NCBI RefSeq assembly: GCF_018350175.1 | Contig: NC_058368.1 | Coordinates: 177,880,001 to 177,944,000, forward strand | Origin: Felis catus | Taxonomy: Eukaryota | Reading direction: 5' to 3' | Length of the DNA stretch: 64,000 bases | Part shown: positions 37,756 through 50,730 of the stretch, one piece after another | Numbering within the stretch: position 1 is the first letter of the stretch | Layout of the letters: each line of letters starts with the position of its first letter | Position numbers and translations under genes: made by a program | Notes under the pieces: model-generated | The model's database searches: none | What the model was told of the DNA's origin: nothing | Seen by the model: the letters and a program-made list of their open reading frames with translations, nothing else

Positions 37756-38661
37756 GAGTAACTATCCATATATATACAATGAGTGTATTCAGATTTCAAC
37801 AGTAACACAATCCCTCTCTACTTTGAAATAGCACCAGGATGCGTAATGACTGCCAAGAACGTCCAAATCTAAACACTTAACCATTGGTAGTTTAGTAGCC
37901 TAGGAAAAATATGTGATCACATGAAGGGGAGACAGTGTGGTAGTGATAGCTTAAGTGAAGAGAGGATTGTTTAGTGATAATGTCTACAGATCTATTTGCA
38001 ACCTGCAGTTTGGTTGGGCCTCTTTACTACATATGCCATGTGAGGCAGTGGGAAGGAAGAAAGGAAAACCACTTTTATTAAGTGTCTACTTTATACTAGC
38101 CACTATTTTGAGAAGTAGGGATTTTTATTCCCAAGACACAAAGGGGAAACTAAGATTCAAGTAAGTTATATAACTTTACTTGTGGTTATACAGCTAACAT
38201 GTTTTTCCTACTATTTCTTGCAATGTCTCCAAACATCTCTCCAGAGTTCTAATTCCTTGCACACTATGTATCTTCAATGAATGTCTACAGAATGAAGATG
38301 GAAGATTGGATCTAATCCAAAGGAAATGGCTTATTTAAAAAAAGCAAAACCACATCACGGAAACATAGGAAGTCATGCAGCACAGCAGGTCATCATCACC
38401 AATGAGAGCCAATAGTTTTTCAGAATTCTTTAGAAGGCGGTTTATGTAGTGCCACGAGACTAATGAAAAAACACAATGACAGATTTGGTGAAGGAACAGA
38501 AAGAAGCATAAGACATGATTTTGCCTTTAACTTTGTTTTAGAGAAGAGGGATTCTTTGAGGACCACCGTTATTCCTGCTCAGCAAGTATTACATTAGTAA
38601 CCTTTCTGACTCAGTGTATCCACCATGGCTCACAATTATGAACAAAGAGGCAAGAATGATT

Positions 38662-38874
38662 TTTTTTTCAACTTTTTATTTATTTTTGGGACAGAGAGAG
38701 AGAGAGAGCATGAACGGGGGAGGAGCAGAGAGAGAGGGAGACACAGAATCGGAAGCAGGCTCCAGGCTCTGAGCCATCAGCCCAGAGCCTGACGCGGGGC
38801 TCGAACTCACAGACCGCGAGATCGTGACCTGGCTGAAGTCGGACGCTTAACCGACTGCGCCACCCAGGCGCCCC
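38662..38874 (-). mobile_element. Young feline SINE (SINEC_Fc type)
   Basis: ggacgcttaaccgactgcgccacccaggcgcccc; TSD aagaatgattttt. Confidence 0.97.
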
Positions 38875-38887
38875 AAGAATGATTTTT

Positions 38888-38922
38888 TTAAATTAAAATT
38901 TGTTTAATGTTTTTATTTTAGT

Positions 38923-38970
<48 letters not shown>

Positions 38971-39142
38971 TGCTAATGGTGGAGGGCCAGAAAAGACAGA
39001 GACAGAATCTGAAGCAGGCTCCAGGCTCTGAGCTGTCAGCACAGAGCCTGACACCTGACACAGGGCTTGAACTCACAAACCATGAGATCATGACCTGAGC
39101 CGAAGCTGGATGCTTAACTGACTGAGCTGACCCAGGAGCCCC
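38888..39142 (-). mobile_element. Older carnivore SINE (SINEC) with long (GA)n
   Basis: Reverse head ggatgcttaactgactgagctgacccaggagcccc; followed by aagaatgattattt. Confidence 0.95.
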
Positions 39143-39309
39143 AAGAATGATTATTTTTAAAGACAAGTTATTAGGAGAATAATGATGGTTGTGATGGAAG
39201 GGACAATGGCTCAATTATATATAGTAAAAAACAGGAGAACAGACAGTCATAGGTATTATTTTATAAGAAACATTATTCGTCACCTATATAACCTGTTATG
39301 TTTCCATCA

Positions 39310-39960
39310 AGTTCACTCTTTCATTCAGTGTTTGCTGGGTGCCTGTCATTTTTCTAGGGACTAGATGTACAGAGATGAATAAGGCATGGTCCCTAAATAT
39401 AAGGGGCTCACATCCTAAAGAAGGCCACGGATAAGGACAATTACCACAACATATGATAAATGCTTTTCTGGCTTTGTGCCTTGAGCTAAGCCAATCTGGA
39501 GGAATATCTAATGCACACAGTTGTCACAGAAGGTGACAGCATTCCAGAGAAAGGAGAACACGTACAAGGGCCTAGAAGTACTGAAGGAACACAGCATGCT
39601 CAAAGAATGGCAAATAACTCAGTGAAGCCAGTGTCAGGCAGAATGAGGAGAGTACAGGACAGAAGGGGCTAGGTCCCTAAGGGTCTGGATTTCACCTTGA
39701 AAGCATGGGGAGTTCCTGGAGACTGATACTGCCCTAGCCACTTTGTCTAAAAAGCAGAGACATTCCAGAGGAAGTAGGAAGATAGAAAAGTCATCCAAAT
39801 GACTTCTACATGATTCACATTGTGATGAAAGTGATAATGACAGCAGGAATAGGAGATGTTTGGGGAGAAGGTAAACGTTTACATTTCAGAAATGATGCAT
39901 TTGAAAGAACCCACGAGATGTACAAGTGGCGATCCACAGATGGAAGACAGACATGAAGTT
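39310..39960 (-). mobile_element. L2 relic
   Basis: ttcattcagtgtttgctgggtgcctg...acagagatgaataaggcatggtccct...cattccagagaaaggagaacacgtacaagggcctagaag. Confidence 0.7.
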
Positions 39961-39984
39961 AAAGGGCTAGCGTATGGCCAATAA

Positions 39985-40315
39985 TACAGCAGCAGGCTGT
40001 GTGCTGTGCCAGAGCACTACGGGGTCTGTGCCCTGAGGCGGGAGGACAAGATTACGGCACTCATGGCATTACGTAATTACGTGTTCACTTATTTCAGCTT
40101 CAAATATATATTAACTAATTTAAGCTTCCTACCAACACCATACATATATACCTTATTATGTATCTATATATACATAATTACCCCCATGTTACAGATGAGG
40201 AAATTGAAGTACAAAGACAATAAACATCTGTCTGTGCAAAGTCACACAGCTGGGAAGTAACAAAACTGGAATTTGAACCAGGCAGTCATTAGGCCTTATA
40301 GACCATGTTGTGCTA
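39985..40315 (-). mobile_element. MIR relic
   Basis: attacccccatgttacagatgaggaaattgaagtacaaag...aagtcacacagctgggaagt...ggaatttgaaccaggcagtc. Confidence 0.75.
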
Positions 40316-42394
40316 CTGATGAACAGATAGGAAAAAAATGATTTTTAGAGACATGTAATTAGTTTTTAAACTAATTTTTCTGATAATAAGAGTAATAATA
40401 TTCAGAAACAATTCTGTTTATAAAAACATAATTTACTTCTAAATATAATTTATATAAATGCTATAATATTTTATGTAATAAAATATGTAAATAAGAAAAG
40501 GCATATAATATCTTAAGGCAACTACTGTTCATATCTTAGTATATTTTCTTCCATTTCTTTCAATGACCTTCCTCTTACCCTTGAATAGGAAAGGTTTTAG
40601 CCTTTGAAATTAGGTTTTAGGTTTTAGTTTTTGAAATTTAAGGTAACATAACTATTTCCTCAGGGTATTAAAATTTCTATCCCATAATTACTTTAATGGC
40701 TATAATATTTCTTCAAACCATTAATATACCTAACAGATGACTTGGTGTCAGACATTCATGTTGTTCTCCATTTCTCACTATTGTAAAAATATTGCAAGAA
40801 ACATCTCTGATGATCTCAAAATAATATGCATAGTCAGATAGCAGTGGATAAAAATTATAAATAACACGTAAGTGCAACTTTTTTGTAGAAACAACTTCTA
40901 ACATAGATTCACATTTAACTTTAATAGAAAATTATTTTAAAATCTAATACAATGATAAAAAATACAGCAAAAAGGCAAATAGCTTCTTAATTTGAGCTAT
41001 TATCTTTAAATTGTAATAGATAATTTGAAATGCATTAAAATCATACTGTTCCTTTGATTGGGACTGATAATATTTTCATTTTTATTTCATTAACATACAT
41101 ACCGTTATTTTTTTCCAAAGTAAGTGAAATTCTGCCAGCCATTTTTCTGATATTATTTGAGCAAAATATTAGAGAAAGAAGTATAAGATACAAGATATTT
41201 AACAGCTACGTCAATACCTGAACTTCCATCTTTTAACCTTATGTGTAAAGTATGTTGATATGCTGTGTACGACTCTTTTCTACTACAATTTGACATATTA
41301 TGTAATTCTCAAAGCACCCTTGGTAGTTGCACTACTTCATACTTAAGAAATCGAAAATAATACTGACAATTGGGACCACCCCCCAAATCAGACAACTCCC
41401 TTTCACCACCCCCCCCCCCCACCAGTTACTTTGGCAAGTAATCTGGCTTACAAAAATTTCTCTCTCCAAAAATAAAAAATAGAATACTTTGCCACGTCAA
41501 CTTTATTTTTAATCACATAATGGAAAGATGAGTAAATTGTAATATCCATCACCAATAAGCCTTCTTTGAGTAAAGTATCAATTGACTCTGACCATAATTG
41601 ATAACCTAAGCCAATAGTACATTCTGTTACAATTCCAGGTTCAAAAGGTTAATTATGGTCTGGCCACAGGCTCATCCGGAAACCTGAAACTGATTGCAGT
41701 AAGCCTTCCTGATGAAGATGTACTGCACATATTATAGGGGCATACTGACAAGTGATTGGAACCTCCAACATCAATGTAACAAGCAAGCATTAACCTTCAC
41801 CGCGTCAATTTCACTGTCATTCTCACAGTTTATATCCTGCCAGGTCCTTTTATTTTATGAGAAAGAAAGTGTCTTATAACTGTATTGCCCTTGCAAAGGT
41901 AAGATTTCCCTCTTCATTCTAATGAATACAAAAATCAATAATGGTAAGTCAATTCAAACTATGTTATGAATTAACAATACCCAGGAAAGTTAAGAGGAGA
42001 TTGGACTGATGATGAGAGTTATCATTTGTCACCAAAATCTTTAATTTGCATGTAGATTTACTGCCCAGTGCACAGGGCATTAGAAAAATATCAGCATCTT
42101 TTCCTTCCAAGCAGCACTTACACTGCTCCCTTACTTATAGGCCAAGTAAGGGAGCTGAATTGGTGCAAGCCAAGCTGAATTATAAGCATCTACTCACAAA
42201 TAAAACCAATTTAGCGACTTGCATGGCTTGCACCCAAACTCACTGCCTGTCAGAGCAAGAAGAGGAACAGGTGTGGAACAGGTGTGTTCTAAAACAGAAT
42301 TGTAGGACTAAGATATCTTCAATACAGCATAATTTCTGAACAGATCATGTGATAATAACTAGCAAGAAAATTGTTCCTTTGATTTGGGCAAGAG

Positions 42395-42560
42395 CGAAGC
42401 AGAGTGATGTAACAAAATGAGCACTGGAATACGAGGCTGACAAAGTAATGGCTGTGTTCTTTACCACCTGGGTGGCCTTTTAACAAAACATTTAGCCTTT
42501 CTGGTCTCAGTTCTCTACCTGTGAAATAAGAACAATGATTCCTGCTTGGTTTGTCTCATG
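42395..42560 (+). mobile_element. MIR relic
   Basis: aaatgagcactggaat...catttagcctttctggtctcagttctctacctgtgaaataagaacaatgattcctgc. Confidence 0.7.
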
Positions 42561-42563
42561 AAG

Positions 42564-43095
42564 CACAGGTTTTCAACCATGGCTGGACACCAGCACCACA
42601 CTGAACTTAAACAACACAAAACAAAACAACAGAAGATACCTGGACCCTGCCCCAAGAAATTCTGATATAACTGGTTTAGGATGGGAGACCCAGGCATGGA
42701 TATTTGTGGGGCACTGTCATTCAGAAAAACTTCTAACGTTACATTTTAAACTGTCTACTATGGAAATGTTCAAAAACATACAAACATAATAGGAATAATT
42801 TAATGAATCCCAGATACCCATTACCAAGCTTCAATGATTATCAATATTTTGTCAGGGGGGTGGGGGAGAGGGGAAAGTGGGTGATGGCCGTTGAGGAGGG
42901 CACCTGTTGGGATGAGCACTGGGTGTTGTATGGAAACCAATTTGACAATAAATTATATATAAAAAAAAATATTTTGTCAGTCTTGTATCATCTGTTCCCC
43001 AATCTGCCAACATTTAAAAATTTCTGTTGGGAGTATTTTACAGCATATCCACACTGGCATTAGAAAAAAAATTCCCTATGTGAGTATATTGTACA
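42564..43095. mobile_element. MER5-type hAT relic interrupted by LINE-1 fragments
   Basis: caggttttcaaccatggctg...cctggaccctgccccaagaaattctgatataactggttt...gacccaggcatggatattt; terminal part tgtacagccagtattgagaaccac at about 43070-43093. Confidence 0.7.
42856..42967 (+). mobile_element. Ultra-short (about 110 bp) carnivore/feline LINE-1 3' end
   Basis: gaggagggcacctgttgggatgagcactgggtgttgtatggaaaccaatttgacaataaa plus A tail; perfect 13-bp TSD aatattttgtcag (42843-42855 and 42968-42980). Confidence 0.92.
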
Positions 43096-44269
43096 GCCAG
43101 TATTGAGAACCACATGAGAATTTTGAAAATATTACAAATTACAAATTACAAAAGAGTAACAACATAAAAAAACCCATGCCCAAATGGATTATTAAGCTTA
43201 AGTATTTTTACTGAAATGGACTGATAAAGCTAGTAGAATAAAATAGTTCATGAATACCATTTCAATCATTTTTCTCCTTTGAACCGACTCATTCTCTCAT
43301 CAGATATCCGAGGCCACAATAAAAAAGCTCATTTCTTCCTTCATGCCCAGTATTTTTATCTTCACTCTCCTATCTTAATAGTTTCCTAAATGTCGCTCCT
43401 TCAACCTGGAAGAATTTACCCCCTCCTGACCCTCACCCCATACCTACCCAGTCACCTCCCATTTGGCCTCAAAACCCAGAACACATACCACCATGGTGAA
43501 GCCCACTGTCTCTCAGTGTCGTCTGTCCTGCTCCCCTCAAGCCCAAGGGAGGTGCCTCTCCTACAGGCTGTTGCAGCCTGTGTTTACCTCAGTCACAGCT
43601 TTATCCTGTCGGTCTCATCATGAAAACCAGGATTGTTAAAGGGTAATGATTTCACAACACGTCTGGTCCATGAGAGGCATTCAAAATGCGAATGCTTGAG
43701 TTTCCAAAAATGCAGGTCCGTCACTTACTTCATCTAGGAATCCAACGAAATATGCTCAAGGGTTTGGTCACTCAATTTCCTAAACAATTTGCCTCTGGCG
43801 GCTGCACCTCAATTGACTGCCTAAAGGCCAAGGAGAAGGGGTGATTGTTCAATAGAGAAAATACAGAGAAATGTAAGAGTGTATACATTTTTTTCCCCAA
43901 CAACACTCCCAACCTCAGAATAGCCTGCTGCTGAGAACCTTGGTTTCTGTATCAGACTAATATCTAGACTGAATGATCCTAAAATATACAGGTTTTTGCT
44001 ACTCAAAGATCTAAAACAGAGGAACATTTTCAAGTAGAGAACACCTTTCTTTCCTTTCTGAAAGTTTTAAAGATACTCACAACATGCTAAAAAGCAAAGC
44101 TTATTAACCTATAATATATAATACATGCCCACCACTTATATGAACACATCCCCTGGGATTATTCCCCAATGATTTTTCTTTGATTTAATGGACCACTGGG
44201 AAAAAGAAATGACTGTATTCAAAGATGATAATAAGAACAGTTGTAATAATAATTGCAATAACAACATCA

Positions 44270-44475
44270 ACAATGATAGAAGCAACTAACTCTTAAGGAG
44301 CACTTTCTGTGTGTCAGTTATCATGCTAAGCGTATTATCTCAATCCTCATAGCAGCGCTATAAACTAGGTATTATCTACACTCTGTGATGAAACTGAAGT
44401 TTAGAGAGCCAAGGAACTTGCCTAAAGAAAAAGAACTAGTAAGTAGCAGTAAAGGGACTTGGTTTGTCTAACACA
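44270..44475 (-). mobile_element. MIR relic
   Basis: gagcactttctgtgtgtcag...tgatgaaactgaagtttagagagccaaggaacttgcctaaag. Confidence 0.7.
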
Positions 44476-45135
44476 GTTCGGGAGGAAAGCAGTAAAGAGA
44501 GAGAAACAAAAAAAGGAACTAACATGATTCAGATTTCTTTCCACTGGTTACTACACTGGTGACTGGCTATACCAATTTCAACACTGGATGCAGAAAATCT
44601 CTAAAACAAACTTCTTCAGAAGCTCCTTGAAGCACAAGGTAATAAAGTCTTTGATAAAACATCAGTTTGCAAAATGAGATATGAAGTCAAGAATCACAAA
44701 CTTTAATTGAATGGCCACAATTTATATAATATAATCTATTGCATAATGTAATCTAAAACCATCATAACTGCTTTTGTACTAGGATATGAATCTCTAAAAG
44801 TTCTAAAACATACTGAGAATTTTCACTAGGGTCTCAGAAATAAGTCATCACAACCGCTCTTCTTCTACCCACCATTCTTTTGTTGATAAGCTAGGCTTTA
44901 AGGAAGACAGTGAAGAATTTAGCCCCTCCTTTCAGATGCAAAATTTAGGCCCTAACCTGGTGTCATTATTATTTACCTAAAATTATTCTTTCTTTATAAA
45001 TTGCAACATTTCCTCCAAGTACTCAGAGTGAAATTTGTAATTTCTTATCCTATCAAACCTGTACCTGTTCTTTTTAAGATTTTACCTTTTTATAGAAAAT
45101 CTCTCTCCTCATCTGTGGTGTATTACTTCTCTTTA

Positions 45136-45354
45136 GGGGCGCCTGGGTGACTCAGTCAATTAAGCGTCTAGCTCTTGATTTCGTTCAGCTCAGGTTATGA
45201 TCTCACGGTTCATGAGATCCAGCCCCACACTGAGCTCTGTGATGAAAGTACGGAGCCTGCTTGGGATTCTCTCTCCCTGTCTCTCTGTCCTTCCTCTGCT
45301 TGGGCGCATGCCTCTCTCTCTCTCTCCCAAAATAAATAAATAGTAAAAAAAAAA
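45136..45354 (+). mobile_element. Carnivore SINE (SINEC)
   Basis: ggggcgcctgggtgactcagtcaattaagcg head, CT tract, aataaataaa and A tail. Confidence 0.93.
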
Positions 45355-48043
45355 TACTCCTATCTGCCAACAACAATCTAATTTGCACATTTTATTCTAC
45401 CTGTAAGGTTGGGCCTCCTAAATACTTATTGCCTATACAACAAAATAATTCAGCATCCTTACAAGATATTTTCCTCCTCAGGTTTCTTCTTACTTCACAC
45501 CCCTTGCCAAAAATAACACCTTCAGTTCAATGACTTCATTAGTGACCTCTGCTTCAAATCAGTTTTGGTAGAAGACAGGCAAAAACAAGTTAATAAATAT
45601 GATATATCAACACTTAAGTCTCTTTCCTCAAAGGATAAAAGGCCACTAATACTGTATAATCATAAAGAACATAACACTTTTCATTCATGATCGGCAAATT
45701 CCTTTTACACGCATTTCACATGATTTTTATCTGATCTTCATTCAGTCCACTGAAATAGAAAAGGCAGTTAACATGTCTATTTTAGACTGGAGAAAACTAA
45801 GGCTCAGAAAGCTTATGACCTACAAAGGATAATTGGACTACCAAAACCCTTTTTGAATTTCCATGCATTTCTTTATCAGCATCAACAATGGATTTCTTTT
45901 GGTAGGGGCTATAAACCTAATACCACATGGAAAGGATACTGGACTTTCTTTTTATTTATAGCCAGTAATGTCTCAGAGAAGTTCAACTTTAAGATGATAA
46001 AAACAGAAAGACTCACACAACCATATAAATAAAGTCTATATGGTCCATGTCAGCTCCAACCATAACCTTCTTTTCTCCATGAACCATTCTAAACATGATT
46101 AAACTCATCATAACAAGTACATCAAGGGGATAGAGAGTTAAGAAAACAAAATGGAGTAAAATAACAAACCTCCATGGCATTATGAACTATTTAGTAAGAA
46201 CGGACTTGGAATTCACAAAGCTGAGGGGTTAACAGATTCTGAAAAAATAAAGGAAAGTAAAATCAAATGGTCACTAGGAAAAGAAAAGTAGGGACAGAAT
46301 ACAGAAAATTTGTCAATGTGAGTAAAGTAGAATCAACAATCTGATAGTGTACGAAGTGACTATACTCCTCTTGGGTATACTGAAGATAGCAACATATACC
46401 AAGATCAGCAAGATAGCAAACATCCACAAATTCTTCTATGTAAAGAGGGCACAGTTCTGAAAGATCAGAAGAATTAGTGTTGGATGTCAGGCTTAGATGA
46501 GATCAATATAAAGTTAAGAGCCTAGAGAATCTGATGAAGCATTTTGCTTTCAGATGCCTAGAGAAGTTCTATGGTTATTCATTCAAAGGATCTGTTTCTA
46601 AGGAAGAGAGAAACATTGGGAGGATCCACAAAGGTACAAACCCACCTTAAACTCAGAGATCATTATATAAACATGACAATGATGACGATGATGATAATAA
46701 TGAGAACATTAAAAACAAAAGATTCAATTTATAGAACAATTACAGAGTGCTAGACACTTGGACAGTTATTTTTCAGGCATAATCACCAGTCCTCATAATA
46801 ACTTTGCAACACAGGCATTACTGGCCTGATTTTCACTAGACAAAATGTAACACAGTTGAGTTCATCTAGTTCATTCAGTGACTTGCCTGAGGCCAAAATC
46901 TCTCATCACCTAACATACAATTAAAAACCATATGAGTGCTGGCTGCCACCATCTAGATTGGTATCTGATGACTATTATCTTCCATTAAATAAAAAAGAAC
47001 AAGGCCTTGCAATACAGTTAGCTGGTTCTTTCATTCCTTGTTCTGTTTTGGCATAGCTAACACATGCTAAGATATCTCATATGCTGGTAAACTGCACTTT
47101 CTTTCAAGGCAATGGACTTTACACCTTTAAAACAGTTTTTCACACCTAATGACTACTTTTCACAATATACTTTTTAAACTAAAATAACATCAGCTACCAT
47201 TTATGGAGCAACTTACCATGACCCAGGACTGTGTGTAGCATGTTATGTATATTACCTCTAATAGCAGAGATCCACGTCTCTATGATTATAAAACCAGGGA
47301 TTTTTCCAACTTATCATCCTCGCTCAAGCTCAGCTTTGATTTAGTCTGTACTACTTTACTGCTGAAAGCACTAAATTAGACTGCTGCAGAGAGGGATTAT
47401 TGCTGCAAGTGAAACAGGGCATGACACACATTTCATCTGATTAGATTGCTAGGCTGCATAAGAAGTAAAGTGAAAATAACTAATAAATTTCTATAGCCAT
47501 TTAAAAAATACAGAACTGTTTTGGGCTCATGAAAATTACGCAGCCATTGTGACTATATTTGTCCTTTGACACCAAAATGATATATTAGAAAGTGACAATC
47601 AGCAGGTGCTTCTCCAGAAGTTCACCTCTTACATAAGCTATCCCACACAACTGGGTTCTTGGTGTCAATTTTTGTAGGGAGGAATCATTCCAAGGCATTA
47701 CAAAGGCAGTGATTTCTTTTCCAGTAACAATTCAGCTATGACATCGTGGGTGTGATTTGGTATAATTATCAACTTAGTAAACATAAGTAGCAAATATGTG
47801 CTAAACTGTAATAAATACTGGAAGAGATAACAAATTAATAAAGTAGAGCTTATAACCTCAAGTAGCTGATAGTCCACAAGGGTCAAGGCCATATATAAAC
47901 CGGTCTTCACTTTCCACGATATGCAGAATAATGTATTTCTATCTGTTACGTAACCTATTTGGAGGACTAAATCACAGCTGCAAGGACTTAGAAGATGGCA
48001 GAAAAAAGGGTGGCAGGAAGTTGAATTTACAATATACCGGTCT

Positions 48044-48171
48044 GGCCCTGTGCTGACAGCTCAGAGCATGGAGCCTGTTTCAGATTCTGTGTCTCCCTCT
48101 TTCTCTGACCCTCCCCTGTTCATGCTCTCTGTCTCAAAAATAAATAAATGTTAAAAAAAATTAAAAAAAAA
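48044..48171 (+). mobile_element. 5'-truncated carnivore SINE
   Basis: Starts mid-body at ggccctgtgctgacagctcagag; TSD acaatatacc(g/a)gtct (48029-48043 and 48172-48186). Confidence 0.92.
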
Positions 48172-49301
48172 ACAATATACCAGTCTTCCCACAAATTCAA
48201 AGACACAAGTAGAGACATTACACACAAATGAGTACTTTCCATTACACAAAACCCAAACCAAACTAAGTATCAGCAGGTGTTCACTAAATGCCAAGCACTG
48301 AGTTTAAGGACTAGAGGTCAAAGGTGAATAACAATTCTTCTTAGGGCATAAGAAGCTCCTGGTAGGGTACACTTCAGAATCCTCAAGCACTGCCACTGTG
48401 GGGCTGGAGAACAAGCTGGGCTTCCTAGATTTTTTAAGAAGCTGAGTGAACTTCGAAATCATCATGCTGCTATGATGTCAAAAATGTCTCTTTGCAAAAA
48501 TAAATGTAGGTGGCAGCTCTTCTGGCTGAGAATTTTTCCAGCTAGACAGAACCTTAGCAATAATCCAGTACAAACCCTCATTTTATAAATAACAGAGTAC
48601 GGTCCCACAGCTAATTGGAGGTAGAGCCTTATACCTGGTTAATCCTAATGGCTGGGAGAGAAGTCTCGGCAAATCTCTTTTATCTTAGTTTATGATGATG
48701 ACACTATTATAAAAGGTGACTATTTATTATGGAAGTAAATACGACATTATAGACCATCAGTCACAAATTGGGAACATTTTTGTTTTAAGAGTCACTTCAG
48801 TAGAATTTGTCTATGTACTCATAGATCAATTTGGCTGAGTATTTTTAGATCTTCGACATAATTTGAAGATTCACTCAATATATTATTGGGGGGTTCACTA
48901 AATGCCAAATGTAGAGCTTACAGACCAGAGATCAAAGTATTTACTCTGAGAAATCTCAGAACTTAAGAAGTTCCTGATGGTGTGCAGGCCAGTCTTGTAA
49001 GTGTGTAATGTAATTGCTGCAATAAAAGAATGTACAAGGAGCCATGAAAAAAGAAGAAAGCAATACCAATTTGGGGGAAAATAACTCCTGTTTTGGTAGA
49101 AATTGCTGTTATTAAATAATTTCATAAGGCATGAAAATAATTTTACATAACTTAACAATGAAATATTCAAATTTAGACTTTGCCAAGAAAAGAGTAAATT
49201 TATGTTTTCTTTAAAAGGAACAAATGTATATAGGTAAGACCAACACAGACAGAATCACAATTTACCAGTACTTAATGTTAAGTACAATTTTGCAGCAAAA
49301 A

Positions 49302-49302
<1 letters not shown>

Positions 49303-49348
<46 letters not shown>
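49303..49348. repeat. (TG)23 microsatellite
   Basis: Directly visible. Confidence 0.97.
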
Positions 49349-49350
<2 letters not shown>

Positions 49351-49710
49351 GGTTACTGTAATTTTGGGGGTACCAAGTCATATTTTCCCACTGACTTCAA
49401 CAGGTTTAAAACATGTTCTTGGTCAAGATTTCTGGTCCCCAAAACAGATGTTAACAAAATGAACCATTAAAGATCACCTCACCAAAATAAAATATTTAAA
49501 CATCAAAGCCTATAGTAACCAATGCAAAATATAAAAGCAAAGTAACTGGGAAATAACTTTGTATTGAACAAGAGGACTGAAAGTTCAAAGATACATAAGA
49601 AAAGGAACTGGACTAAACAACACTATGTACTGAAAAGACCTCTCTTCGCTTGTTTACTCATTGATCACTGTCATGCTGGGGAGGCTAGTGTCTTTGAAAA
49701 CAGACATGTT

Positions 49711-49934
49711 GGGGCGCCTGGGTGGCGCAGTCCGTTAAGCGTCCGACTTCAGCCAGGTCACAATCTCGCGGTCCGGGAGTTCAAGCCCCGCGTCGGGCTC
49801 TGGGCTGACAGCTCAGAGCCTGGAGCCTGTTTCCAATTCTGTGTCTCCCTCTCTCTCTGCCCCTCCCCCGTTCATGCTCTGTCTCTCTCTGTCCCAAAAA
49901 AATAAATAAACGTTGAAAAAAATAATTAAAAAAA
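49711..49934 (+). mobile_element. Young feline SINE (SINEC_Fc type)
   Basis: TSD aaaac(a/g)gacatgtt (49697-49710 and 49935-49948). Confidence 0.97.
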
Positions 49935-50149
49935 AAAACGGACATGTTTGTTTGATAACAGGGGCAAGGATGAAAACTGTGAAACAGTGATTGAATAAAT
50001 AAACTCAGCAGTACTTATTTCCCTTACAAGTTACATACCTGGGCATACCCCAAAGGTCACAGTGTAAGGATTTGAGGTTATACATCCAACTCAAGTAACA
50101 AAAACTTGTATTGGCAAGATACCTAAATAAATTATTGTCTGCCAAAGTA

Positions 50150-50319
50150 ATTATTTAGGAGTTCAAAGGCTTTCGTATGTTATCTCAAATAATTCTCACA
50201 ATAATCCTGTGTGGTATGTGCTAGTATCCCCAATCTGCAGATGAGAAACCTGGGGCCTCAAGAGGATATGTGACCTGAAAATTAGGGGGAAGAATCAGAC
50301 TAGAATGAAGGAGTCCTGA
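50150..50319 (-). mobile_element. MIR relic interrupted by a SINE
   Basis: aattctcacaataatcctgtgtgg...ccccaatctgcagatgagaaacctggggcctcaagagg. Confidence 0.7.
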
Positions 50320-50375
50320 TTTCTTCCTTCCTTCCTTCCTTCCTTCCTTCCTTCCTCCCTCCCTCCCTCCCTCCC

Positions 50376-50458
<83 letters not shown>

Positions 50459-50730
50459 CTTTCTTTCTTTCTTTCTTTCTTTTTCTTTCTTCTTTCTTTT
50501 TCTTTCTCTCTCTTTCTTTTCCTTTCTTCCTTCCTTTCTTTTTAACGTTTATTTATTTTTGAGAGAGACAGTGAGGCAGAGAGAGAGGGAGACACAGAAT
50601 CCAAAGCAGGCTCCAGGCTCTGAACTGTCAGCCCAGAGCCCGATGCTCATGGGGTTCAAACCCATGAAACACAAGATCATGACCTGAGGGGAAGTCGGAA
50701 GCTTAACTGACTAAGCTACCCAGGAGCCCC
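50320..50730 (-). mobile_element. Carnivore SINE whose tail is expanded into a roughly 220-bp (TTCC)(CCCT)(TTTC) microsatellite
   Basis: Polypyrimidine tract 50320-50543, then SINE body; aggagtcctga on both flanks. Confidence 0.93.

Noticed and set aside
38652..39156. Short direct repeats separated by ~220-270-bp spacers, superficially array- or CRISPR-like
   Set aside because: Mammalian DNA; the repeats are TSDs and the spacers are SINEs
46130..46620. Possible CR1/L3 relic
   Set aside because: Resemblance too faint to support without a profile-HMM search
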